Assembly: GCA_907165135.1 (NCBI GenBank) | Contig: OU015569.1 | Coordinates: 3,596,001 to 3,660,000 of the forward strand | DNA from: Oikopleura dioica | Lineage: Eukaryota; Animalia; Chordata | Direction: 5' to 3' | Length of the DNA stretch: 64,000 bases | Shown here: piece after piece, positions 25,901 to 37,569 of the stretch | How positions within the stretch are numbered: position 1 is the stretch's first letter | Layout of the letters: each line of letters opens with the position of its first letter | Notes under the pieces: generated by a model | Database searches by the model: none | Seen by the model: only the letters and a program-made list of their open reading frames with translations | What the model was told of the DNA's origin: nothing | Translations under genes and position numbers: made by a program

Positions 25901-28900
25901 TTGGAACAGCGACTTCACTGGCTCGATCAGCACCTCACAGCTCTGCCAGTTCGCGCTTTCATCCTACTCCGACCCACTTCTCTCAGGAAGAAGTCGAAAA
26001 ATCCTGACCAACATATTGACTAGCAAGTGCTCAACCCCGCAAAAAGAGCGCACCGTGCCTCGTCGACAATTCACAGTTCCGAATTCTCTCCGAATGCGAC
26101 AGTTTCGATCCTACCATATGGAATCAGCGTGATTTCACTTTACTACGCCTTCAATTTCTGATACACTTTCTCACTGCTACAATAAGACTTCAATAATAAA
26201 ATATTTTAAATTCGACTTTTTATTCTTATTCGAAAATATACCCTATAAAGAAATTTTGCGTCGATGGACGCAATTCTTGAAAAATCGGTAATTTATTCGG
26301 CTTATTTTGGAATAAATTATAGAAATTTTTGTTTTTCACGTTCAATGACATCTAATAATATCATGATACCTTTGTAAATATATTTATTGACTCGGTGATC
26401 TTCCCCTTTCGGAAGCTTAAGGGTACTACCTTCGATTTCCCCAACTTTAGCCTTGAATAACCCTTAGCATGGCATGGATAGCGGGTATCATATGGCCTTT
26501 AAAAGTTTAACTATCTTAGATCTTTAATCTGTCAGAGGCGTTTTCGAATAGCTCAATGAAAAGTCGGCGAATTTCTAGCTTAAACATATCATTGTTGCAA
26601 AAAAAGACTGAATAAACGGCGAAATAGCTCGAAAAGTAGCTTTATAATTCAGCCTGATTTTATTTTTTATGTGTAAATTAAACCTTCATCTTAAAAATGA
26701 CAGAAGGTTTTTTTGATTGAAAAAGGAAAAATACCAAAATTAATTTTTTGAAAATTATGTCTCTATGATTTTGCTAAAATTGAGCATTTTTCAAAATTTG
26801 GCGACGCATTTTTGTCTCTAGAAGCTGAAATATCTTAGTTCAATAATTAAAGAAGTCACCATAATCCGTATCTTGTTCTGAGCTTCAAAACGAGCCCTTA
26901 TTTGGAAGAATCGGACACCAAAAAATTTTTCGGAAAAAATACTTTCTAGTACAGAAATCAATTAAAACTCTAATTATTATGAAAACGCTTGACGTTATGA
27001 ATGAAACGTTCGGACCTTTTTTGATCAAAATTTCATGAGGAATTCATTTCCGATGAAAAATTTAACATAACCGGTCATTGGGGTGATCGACGGTAGTACC
27101 CTTAAGCTAAAACTAAAGTTTCAAGGAATTGGGACGAATTTCGATGAATAAATTTGTTTTGACATACCTTATTTTCCTTTTTAGCCAAGATCATGGCGAC
27201 AAATGCCTCGAAGTCTCCCGATGTCTAGCGGATATTGAAATGCTCAAAGAAGAGATTGAGGCTAAAAGCCAACAACTCGAGCATAGTCAACAGGTGAATC
27301 GAGCAATCCTAGCTGATATTTAACGTTGAATAAAGGTCGTTGATACGCTTCGTAAAGATTCCGAAGAAATGCGAAACGAATTTTCGAAATTCGATGCGAA
27401 AGCTCTGGCCTACGATGAGCAATCCCAGGTAAGTCGAGAGAAATGCCATGAAAGTCTTGTCCGGCTCTTTTATAACATAATGTTTTTACAGGAAATGTTA
27501 AAAACGGATTGTTGAAGTGTATAATTTTTTCAAGCTATTCTTTTTTACCGCTTTCTTTCACTAACGATAAAGTAGTGGGTGCTCGAACTAGTGTAGAGGT
27601 GCTTGAATGTAGATCTAATAAGGTGTGCGAGTGGATAACGATAAAATACGTACACGGTAAGTTAGTGAAATTTCTAGGTCGAAGTTCGAACAGGCTCACA
27701 AAATCAAAGTGGTACTCACTTTCACGATTCTTACTCAAATTATTCTTCCCATTCTCGCTCCTCCTCCGATCTTTCTTCACTCTTCTTTGATTCATAGGAA
27801 ACTGATTTCAGCTCCTCTATCTCTTCTTTTCTTTCTTTCAAAAAGATTTTGAATATACGTATAAACAATCCCTGAGTATATAAATTTAAAAAAGACTCGG
27901 CAATAGTTCCTTTCAATAAAATAAGCCGTCAATTTATTTAAATTTCAATTAGGACTTTGTTCGACGACTTAAAACTGTTCAAGAAGAAAAACATCTGCTT
28001 ACCACCGCTGTTACGCAAGAACGGGACGAGAACTCTAGGTAATTTTCATTCTTTCATCGCAATCATTTTAAAACGCGCTCTAGACTCAGCGCAGAATTGA
28101 GACAAGCTCAACTAGTGATTGAAGACCTCAAGTCCAACAACTCCGCAGATCAACGAAAGCTCGAGCAATGCGTACAGCGCGCTCGCGAGTCTGAAGCGTC
28201 TGAGAAGAAACTCAATGGTACGCTCCATCGGGAACTCGTTGTAGAACAGGAGAATTCAATCAAACTCCGTCAGAAAATACGGGATCTGGAACAAGCTCTA
28301 ACTGATACCGAATCTGGTACGACGGATGAAGTTGATGGACTTAAATCACAAATCTACGAGTTCAAACTTGCTCTTGAATCAGCCCGCGTCGACGGACAAA
28401 AAGCAGCGTCAGAGCGCGACCAGCAGATCGAAGAAAACTCATGGCCATGGCGAAGGTTGACGGACTGATTAAAAAGGAACAACGACTACAGGCTCACATT
28501 CGCTCGCTTGAGCTTCGCCTCCAAAACGCTTCTTCTGCGAATTCTGATCTCTCTTCCAATGACGGAGAATCCGACAAGCAGAATCTTTACCAAGTCCGAT
28601 GCGGACTTGAGGCTTGCCGCCAACAGCTCGGCGCACTCGCGTCGCGTCTCATGGTCGCTGCAGTGCGAAACGATAACGATGAGCTCAAGGCTTCCAAGGA
28701 AGAAATCACAGAAGCCCATCGAAATTTGGCGTTTTACGCTCGTCTCATCAACTCCTCGCGAAGCTCTAAGCGCGCCCAAGACACTGGCCTCCTCGAAGAG
28801 CGACTCCGTGACCAATTGACGAACCTGAAACTCAACTCTGATCGACTTCATGAGTTGCAAGCGGAAGTATCGTCAGACTCACAGTCTCTATCTGAGTTCA

Positions 28901-29492
28901 AACTTCGCAGTGAGACACAAAGGAAGCAAATTGATCAGTTGACAGCTGATAAACTCGCCCTTCAAAACAAGCTCGATGAAATAAAACTTACCGCTCCTGA
29001 TCAGTGGACCAACGAGAATTCTGCTTCTGCCACTCAATCGCTCGCCAGGAAGCAGCAAAAAACATACGAGCGGTACGCGCGAGCAGAATCCTCACGCAAG
29101 GCTCTCGTGTACCAGAAAAAGTACCTCCTGCTCACAATCGGAGGCTTCCAAAACACGGAGCAGGTCACACTCGCGACCCTTTCGAAAATTGGTGGCTTCA
29201 AGAATCCAGCAGAGGAGAAAGCTCCACTCTCGCCAAAAAGACGATTTATTGCTGCCGCTAACGCTGTTATTGCTATCACTAGGTAATATCGCTTTATGTT
29301 TTTACTTCTTCAATTTATATTTTAGGCTGAAATTCTTAACCCGAACCTGGGTTAAGCGTATCACCAAAAACCGCTCTCACTCGTCGAAGGATGCGCTTCA
29401 AATCGCCCTGACGTAAGAACTCTTCCTTGATTTCGTCTTTAAATTTTTTTAGCAATCGATTGAATTACGACCAGGAACGAGGCGTCTATTAA
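10915..29492 (+). CDS. PCNT/AKAP9: Giant coiled-coil centrosomal scaffold, pericentrin/AKAP9 (AKAP450) family with PACT domain
   Basis: More than 25 phase-compatible E/K/Q/L-rich exons, including the 16323-18321 exon. C-terminal YERYARAESSRKALVYQKKYLLLTIGGFQ...RRFIAAANAVIAITRLKFL is the PACT signature. Confidence 0.85.
13258..13943. mobile_element. Non-autonomous TIR element flanked by TTAA (Kolobok-like GG...CC termini), in PCNT intron
   Basis: TTAAGGGGTCCCCCTCCGGAAT (13254-13275) versus the reverse complement of ATTCCGGAGGAGGATCCCTTAA (13926-13947) match at 20/22. TTAA is duplicated on both sides. No transposase ORF. Confidence 0.8.
23986..24234. mobile_element. MITE with perfect 25-bp TIRs and internal CTACTAGTTG repeats, in PCNT intron
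   Basis: ACTGTGCCATCCGCTACTAGTTGCC (23986-24010) is the exact reverse complement of 24210-24234. An internal ~35-bp direct repeat lies at ~24017 and ~24171. Confidence 0.85.
26421..27101. mobile_element. Second TTAA-flanked non-autonomous TIR element (Kolobok-like), in PCNT intron
   Basis: AGCTTAAGGGTACTACC (26414-26430) is the exact reverse complement of GGTAGTACCCTTAAGCT (27092-27108). TTAA lies at 26417-20 and 27102-05. Confidence 0.85.
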
Positions 29493-29740
29493 AGTCCCAT
29501 TTATTTTCTTCACATATTTTTTCACATCTGTTCACACCATATTAACGATTTGTTTCTTTTATCAAAGCCCACCAAGAAGTAGTCTTTTACTGATAACTAT
29601 GACTCCAACATCACTTACTGCCCTTTTTGTTAATAAATTTTTCAATATTATTACCATTTCTCGGCTTCTGTGAGTATCTGAATCATACAGAGCATTATGT
29701 TTTGTCTTCTTTGCAGCTATGCAATGAATATTTTTTGTAG

Positions 29741-30718
29741 ATGAACACTAAAATTGTCTCTCGAGCATTGTGCCTCGAGTTGCGAACGTACTCCCTCAAG
29801 CCCGAAGCCTTTCCAAAGGAAAAGTCTTGGCAATCTCCTCTATGATTTCAGTAGGACATCAATCTAAGGAAGGCCTTGGTAGTTCTTTTTAGAGCCCTTT
29901 GTAGGCGCAACTGTGTCGCCTTTTGATTTTATGTTTTTTTTTTAATCCGAAATGGAGAAATATGGAGATTTTTGGAAAGTACCTAGCATTGACGAACGAA
30001 AAATTTCACCTGAGAACGGCACATTCAAAATTGAATGGATTCTGGCTTCATGAGCTCGGCGGCCTTAACTCGGTAAGTGCTTTCTTGTTTTTTTTTGAAA
30101 GCTAACAATGCGGAATAAGAGAAGTACTTGAAAGATTAATTTCTTTTGTTCTATTATGTAACTGTTTTTTTTTCTTTTATTCTTGTTTTATTACCTTCAC
30201 TGGAGGAATGCAAACTTTTCTTAGGTTACGCATTTATGGGAATACGATTCACTGGAGCACCGTGCGCAGGTGCGCGATTCACTCAGTGTCGATAAAAGTT
30301 GGATCTCTGAGTATGTCGTGAGTCTTCTTCCCATGCTGGCTGAACAAGTCAACTCAGTTGTCTACGAGCCCGAGTGGGCGCTTCCACTCAAGTCAAATAC
30401 CAGAAAAGGTCCATTCATGATGGAACGTATCACCCTCGCTGGGGAAGCCCGTGACAACGAAGAACTAGTCAAGGCGCTTGTCGTCGAAAAGCTTGACGCT
30501 TACAACCTGACGAACGTGCTCTTCACGGATGTTGGACCAAACAACCAAGGAATGCAGTTTCAAAGTTATTTAGACTCCTTGAAATGTATGCTGTCTAAGC
30601 GAGAGCGCAGATAACTGCTGTCTCAAGTTCTTATCAGTGTTTTTTGATAGCACCAGGTCAAAATGTCTGTCTTCAACTCAATACTCGTAGTGTTTGCTCT
30701 CAATTCAAGTTAGCATAA
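29741..30718 (+). CDS. NIPSNAP3: NIPSNAP3-like protein
   Basis: ELRTYSLKPEAFPK|YLALTNEKFHLRTAHSKLNGFWLHELGGLNS|VTHLWEYDSLEHRAQVR. The 3' end is tentative. Confidence 0.85.
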
Positions 30719-30911
30719 CTTTCTTATGGTTTACATAAATTTCTTTTGATTTATTAAAATCCCAGAGAGAGTTCATATTTCGGCCATTTTCAAGTATACG
30801 TATTGTTTGATTGTTTATATTTCATTGTGGAAAATTTCGTCTGTTTGACTAAAGTCTGCCAGACACTGGGAGACTAATAAATTTTTTACGATTCATTTTT
30901 ACTATTTCTGC

Positions 30912-31514
30912 CTGGGCTCGGCAAACTGTGTCAGGAACAGACACAGGAACAGGAAAAAAATATTCTGTCCCATATTTTACACAGGTACACAGGTCAGGAA
31001 GCAAAAATATCCTGATTTTAGACAGGTACTCAGACAGGTTTTTTCACACAGCTTATCAAACAGGTTACACAGGTCAGGACCTGCCTGAACAGGTCTGAGC
31101 GGGTCAGAAAACAGGAAACAGGCCCTGTGACAGGACAAAAAACAGGAAATTTCTGAGAAAAAATATTACAAAGAAACAAAATGACGCGAATTTATCGGTT
31201 ATTTTGATTGTTGTACTCTTTTTCACGTGTTTCGCTGTTGATTTCTTTATACATTTTCCCTGACTTATGCAGTTCCTGACCTGGTTACACAGGAACCTGT
31301 CTATGGTCAGGACCTGAGCGGGAAACACAGGCCTGTTTTAGACAGAAACAGGGACAGGGACAGCAAAAGAAAAATTTTTCCCCCAATTTTACACAGGTAC
31401 ACAGGACAGGACCAAATTATTACCCGATTTTAGACAGGTACTCAGACAGGTTCCCCAAAAACAGGAAACAGGACCTGTGACAGGTTTTTACACAGCTCAG
31501 TTTGCCGAGCCCAG
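30912..31514. mobile_element. hAT-superfamily MITE (603 bp), 17-bp perfect TIRs, perfect 8-bp TSD
   Basis: CTGGGCTCGGCAAACTG (30912-28) and CAGTTTGCCGAGCCCAG (31498-31514) are exact inverted repeats. ATTTCTGC is duplicated at 30904-11 and 31515-22. The interior is packed with ACAGG motifs and carries an internal direct duplication. Confidence 0.92.
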
Positions 31515-32638
31515 ATTTCTGCGAAGTGGAAAAGTGAAAATGAATTGACTTCTGTTTACACCGCTGATACACAAGACGAGAGATCAATGATTAACTCGCC
31601 AGACTCGCTATTTACTGTTTGCCCATTAGTGTTCTTCGAGAAATTCTTGCGGGGTAGTGCGACTCGCGACTTTGTTGTCAGTGGGGACAGTGGTTACTGT
31701 ATGATTACCTCGTCTGCATGACGAGAACCGTTCGAAGTACAAAATAACATATTTAATCAATGAGTGTTCTATTGAGTGTTTCCTCCGATCTCTATAAGGT
31801 CATGTGATTGAACCGCCTCCAGGCACTGGGATCTTGAATACATTTAATTAACTGCATGGATAGTAACGCTTATCTGGCGTGGCAATGAGCTGTCCGACTT
31901 CTGCGGCTGGCATCGACAAGGTTAGTTTGGTACTGTGGCTATCGCAGTTCATATTTGCTCTCGTGAACAATGTGAGCTTAAAAAATTCTGAGCCCCCCGA
32001 GCGCTCAGCGCCCACTAATTCGGAATCCCGACGCGATGAGTCTGTCTCGCACAACGAAGACACGACGAAGAGTGAGGCGACTTTTAAGCAGCCGTCCAGA
32101 AGTGGACTGAGCACTTTTTAATCAGTTTTTTAAGCCTCTAACAAACAAGGAATTGTCCAGAGAGAGACAATCGTGATGAAAGGAGCCCCCTGGTGCCCCA
32201 CCAACAATTAAAGAGAACTGCTCGCTGATTACATCGTCAAAATCAGAATTCAACGGTGCCCAATCTTACCTACTGATAGTAGCCCGCTAACTTATTCTAA
32301 TCAATTTTTCCTTGATATAACCGCTAAAGAAACCATCATTTATATTTCTGTACGAAGAACTATTCACGCTCATTTACATTATCGAACAAAAAGTGTCCCC
32401 GTGCCCCCTCTATTCACTCTTGGATGAGTGGACTTATGAGTAGGATTCTTTCACTTCGCTCCTATAAAACCTCTGAACAATCAATCATTTTCTTTAAATG
32501 ATCTTTCTTTTAACAAGTTTTTTTTCTTTCCGAAGTACTTGTTCATCGCCCCCTTTTCCATTCAGAAAGAGACAGAGAGAAAAACTCAATCGAAATCGGA
32601 AAAAGTTAGAAGCAACTCAGCTTGCTAAATATTACAAG

Positions 32639-33879
32639 ATGGCGCCACCAGATCCAGCCCAAATATCGAATCGAGGAGTTCTTTCCAGCAGCAGAATGGA
32701 TCATATGAGGAGAGGACCCCCCATCGGGCCCAATACTTCGATAAAGGTACAGAGTACTTTCTTACTTTTGATTTTCAACTTTTTTTAACTATTGATTTGC
32801 TTTGAAGATTATCGAAGCTGTCGGTTACTAAACACTTCTCATAGCTGGTCGAGCCCGTCTTTGACCTCGTGAAACGATTCTCCAACCTTCCCGAGCATCT
32901 GCATCACGTAGAAGCGATCACCGTGGAGAATGTTCGCAACTCGTGGTTCCCGATGATGTCTGAACTTCGCAATAGATACCCTCAAGCCTTCAACGGTAAT
33001 TCGATACACTCTCACTGAAATTAAAAACCTCAGAACTCGTTTCGAAATCGACGAGAAAAACTAACTACGTTTCCTACGTTTCTCATTTTCTTTTAGAGAA
33101 CACCTTGAACATTACGGGCCATGAAGGCGTCATCTTCGACGCACTGCGAAACATCTGGCCCGAGCGGACTTCCTTTGACATTGGGGAACGGTCAATAATC
33201 ATCGAGTTTATTATCCGAAGCGCAACGGAAATCGGTGGTCGTCGGACCGTTCGTCGCAACGCTGCGTAAGTAACTTGAATCTTGAAATTGACTTAATCGA
33301 GCAACTCGACAATCTTCTTTGAAATGTGAAATTAAGTTTTATTCTAGTCGCGCGGTCCCCGTCAACAACGGCAACGTCAGACCGAATCCGAACGGGGAGC
33401 GACAGCCCCGTCCACTCGACTTCGATGCGATCGAAAATCAGGAAAACGCCTGTCGAGAGTTCCTCTTCAGTAAATTCAGCGGCCACCTACATACGCTGAA
33501 CGAGTTCTACCGCAACAGTAGCCGTGCGCCTTCTTTACCTCCTATTCCCACAGAAATGCCAGAAAGTGAAAGCAAAAGAGCGCTACGCGAAAACGGTACA
33601 GACGAACCAAGCAATAAGAAAGTGAAAACCGACGAGAGCGAAAAAGAATTGCGAGAAGACGAGACCTGCCAAATCTGCTACTCAGAAAGAAAAACACACG
33701 CTTTCATCCATGCCGTCCAGCCAAGTAAGTGCTTACTACTGGTAACACAGTTCTGATTTATTTCTTCAGGTACATCGCACTTTATCTGCTGCGAGCGGTG
33801 CGCCTACCAGTGCAACTACGCCATTTCCGGATGTCCACTCTGCCGCCTGCCAGTCATCGCGGTCACCAAAGTAATCTGA
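32639..33879 (+). CDS. Divergent Mdm2/Mdm4-like protein (putative SWIB-like N-domain + C2H2C4 RING)
   Basis: Spliced C-terminus is CQICYSERKTHAFIHAVQPSTSHFICCERCAYQCNYAISGCPLCRLPVIAVTKVI*. The N-terminal region weakly resembles the MDM2 p53-binding domain. Five phase-compatible GT-AG introns. Confidence 0.65.
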
Positions 33880-34688
33880 CGGCCGCATGTGTGGAAGGCT
33901 TCTACTCCTGCGTCCTCTGTGATCTTCAGTGACTCTTCCTCTGTGACTTCAGTGATCCAGAGTTTGAAATCCCGCGATTGCCCAGAGGAAAAGACGGGCG
34001 CTTAATGATGATCGACTTTTTAAAATTCTTCCTGCTCACTCTTCTGTGCATTCTTGGTAATTGTATATATCAATGGATGAAATATCCTAAAATAAATATA
34101 AATAATTCGGACATTTTAATTTGCATTTCTTCCTAGAAAAGGTTCTTTTACTAGCAAAAGAACTTTATCAGCCATAATTTCCAGGCATAAATCTTCTGAT
34201 AATTTATTATTAATTGCAATTATAATTTGGCAACTTTTAAACAAGCAAGTTCCTAATTGAAAAGCAAGCATAACCGATTGGTGTTCAACTTGGTCGATCC
34301 CGATTGGTTCGAAATAGGTTCCCTGCGGATTTTAGGAGAATAGGGTTGTAATTACACTTCGAATGATTTTCAACTTTCAAGTACTTCGAATCCGTAATCT
34401 GACGAAAGGGATGATTGTATCCGAATGACGTAAGAATGAAGATACCGAAAGTGGTTTAGGTTCTTACTAATGGAACCGCCCGGGGACGGTTCTTATTTCA
34501 CTGGAAAATAAATGATGCTGGCCCGCTTCTGCTGGGTGCGCGCAGATGCTATTACCGACGTGGCTTAGTGTTTGACTACGTAACGGCCAGCTCAACGCGC
34601 AGTAAATATCAACTGAGACAGAAAGAGATCACTGGGGCCTTGTTCAGATCTTCTATCACCGGTTACCTCGATTTTTTTAATTTGTAAG

Positions 34689-35736
34689 ATGAAAATTCTC
34701 CATCTTCTTCGTCTTGGTGCCCTCGTCGCAGCTGATAAGCGACTGGAACGCAAAGAAATCGACTTGAGAAAACTCGACAAGGAATATGAAGAGGACGACG
34801 ACATGGAACTAGAGGTAAGCTCACTCAGAAATTTGATGAATTACTCGATCCGCTGGAATGAAATTTTTGAGGCGAAAAACTCTCTTTTTCGTTAAACTGT
34901 GGGAATTGTTTGATTTATCGACTAGAGCTCCATGTGTGGATATTTCCTACATCTCCGACAATGGGAGGAGCTACCTTTCGCCACTCCCGCGCTAATGCTT
35001 AATTTCTAGGACTTGGACATGTTCGATGAACGCAAGCCTAAGCAAGGGATGGACACGCGAAAACTCGATGGGCGGGACCACATCACCACTTGGTCCGAGG
35101 CCAAAAAGGGACAGCAATTGGGCATGTACGTCAACACAGTACCCGGTAAGTAATTGATCATTGGTATAAACAGGCAATCTCAGATTGCCAATTTGGGTTG
35201 GGCAACCTGCGTAGGAAACCCGAGTCAGGGTATGAAAGATCTTATGAATTTAAAGATTGTGGCTTTTCATTAGAGATCCGTCAGACCCTGACTTAGGTTT
35301 TCGATACATGTTGCCGAGCCCATATGCAACTTGGATGAATCAATCCGTCTTAATTGTTACCGTTTCAGGTCTGAGCGAGACAGAGCTGAAGAACTTGTTC
35401 GATTTGTGGCAAATGAACATGATCAACTGCTGCAACTTCGAGCTGACCTTCTTGCCGCTTGAAGAAGCGCGCATGCTCGTGCTGCTTCCGGACGGTAAAT
35501 TCTTGCGCGACTTCGGCACTATGCTGCGCCAAGACGAGAGGTGCCACACTTTCGTCGTGGAGAACACGCACATGCTCTGCGCAGGACATCCCGAGTGGGA
35601 TCCCAAGCGACCAGGCAAGAACGTCGAAGCGATGGAGAAGTGGGACCAGTACCACAAAGACAAGAAAATTGAAGACACAAAGAAAAAGGTCGAAGGATGG
35701 AAGGAAAGCATTCCTGTTAAGAAAACCGAGCTGTAA
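34689..35736 (+). CDS. MESD: MESD (LRP chaperone) paralog A
   Basis: Signal peptide-like start, KLDKEYEEDDDME, KKGQQLGMYV and LWQMNMIN...QDERC, ending in the ER-retention-like KTEL. Confidence 0.8.
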
Positions 35737-36360
35737 ATAGAAGTAATCGACTCTAACGACAGTGCAAAGAGTAATCGCCTTTATATTTCTCTTATTTGCT
35801 CAGCGACTAGCGGCGAATGCTACTACCAATCCGAAACAGCGTTCCAACCAACTTTATGCCTGTCACTTCTTCCTTTTCTGCCTTTCGAGATTTCAATTTA
35901 AATAATGCAATTCAGACTTGAACCCCTTACTTTCAGTATCTTTTAATAAACCAAGTATCAAATTAGACCTTTGCGATTCGAAACCTTTCTTGCAGGATAA
36001 ACAACAATTCAAAATTAAAAAGAAAATTTGCTAGAATCGTCCGCGCGGAACCGTCGCCGATATCCATCGGCCAATCAAAAACCCGCATTTCTCCGTGTTT
36101 TTCTTTTCTAGCAGAAATGATCATAAGCTCCTTTCCCATTTTCGTCGTAGGCGGAAAAAAGACGAATCATTTTCCCTTTTTTTATCAAATTTTGACCAAC
36201 CATAATCTACGCCAACGGGTTTGTCGATTTCTCGCGAAAAAAAGTAATCCCGGTCTTTTGCTCGGTAAAGGTCGTATGCTACGTTTTATGATGCGTTCTT
36301 TTCCAAAGAAAAAAGACGACGCGGAAAGGGTAGTTTTCATTTCGCCAAGTTTACTCGAAA

Positions 36361-37569
36361 ATGAAGCGTTTGATAATAATCGTGAGCTGCCTTTTCGCTC
36401 TTGCCTCCAGCCTCGACAAAAAGAAGAAGAAGAAGCGCGATGTCTTCGACAGTTCTGAAATCGACGAAAACGCACTGGCGAGGAGCTACGAGGAAGACGA
36501 CGACATCGACGTTCGCGAGCTGCCATCCACCGATGAGCGTAAGAAATTTGAAGGAATTGATTGGGGTGAGTTTCTATTTTTGAAAGCGATTAAAATCTTA
36601 AAATTCTATAGAAAAAGTAAAGTCCAACGATCACATGACCATGCACAGTGAGAAAAAGAAAGACAAGAAGCTGACGATCTTTGTGGAGCTGAACCCGAAG
36701 CTCGAAAGGGCAGAAACTCGCCGAGTGGTGGAGGAGTGGCAGGGGAACATGATCAACTGCTGCAACATCGAGTTCGGCGCCGCCTTCATCCGCGCCACGA
36801 CCGTCATCGTCACGATGATGAACGGAGGCGGCAGCTTCGAGTTCGCCAAAATGATCCGCCAATCGAAAGACTGCTATAGCTACAAAGTCGAAAAGGTGAG
36901 ATGGTTCGGAGGTGTCCAATCATATTTTGAGATTTTGGATGGATTCGAATTAGTCATGGAATTTTTTTCCAAACACGCCCCTTCTTTTTCGAGTCGAACA
37001 CTTTCGTGAAGAAATCGACTTTTTCGAAATGCGATGTTTTTTTTTCGAAAATGCTTTTCGCCAGAGATTTATTTAGTAAACACGGGTCTAGGCTTCTATC
37101 AACAGACTCGATACTACAGTAATTTAGCGCTAGAGTGGAAAGCAGTGAGTCTACCTATCGGAGCTAGAATGGTAATTCTCGGTGCTCGAGCGCGCCGAAC
37201 AAATTAATATAGAGACATAATTTTTCTGATTCAACCGATTCCCTATACACTTCAAGGAACACTAAGAACTCATGCTTCACCAATAAGAATTAGTGTTCAC
37301 CTTTTTCATGCCTGGTCATTTTCGATTAGTCCAATAAATTACTGTTTTAGGACGAATTTCTTTGCCCTGCTCACCCTTTGTGGGACAAGAAGAATCCATC
37401 AATGTACAAGAAGAAGATAGAAAAGTACATTCCCCAACAAAAGCGGCGAGATAGAGACATCAAGATACAGAATGTTAACGTCTGGAAAAACAAGGGTCTC
37501 AAAGCAGATGGAACGCGCTACAAGTCCCTTAGCCCTTATGTTGGTCTCAAGGAAAACGAAGAACTGTAA
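36361..37569 (+). CDS. MESD: MESD (LRP chaperone) paralog B
   Basis: Signal peptide, ARSYEEDDDIDVRELP, KKLTIFVEL and EEWQGNMINCCN, ending in NEEL. Collinear with paralog A. Confidence 0.8.

Noticed and set aside
16107-29279. Numerous antisense and alternate-frame ORFs over PCNT exons
   Set aside because: They are expected shadows of low-complexity coiled-coil codon usage.
31848-32121. Overlapping 80-88 aa ORFs upstream of the Mdm-like gene
   Set aside because: No motif, splice support or recognisable homology. Probably promoter or UTR.
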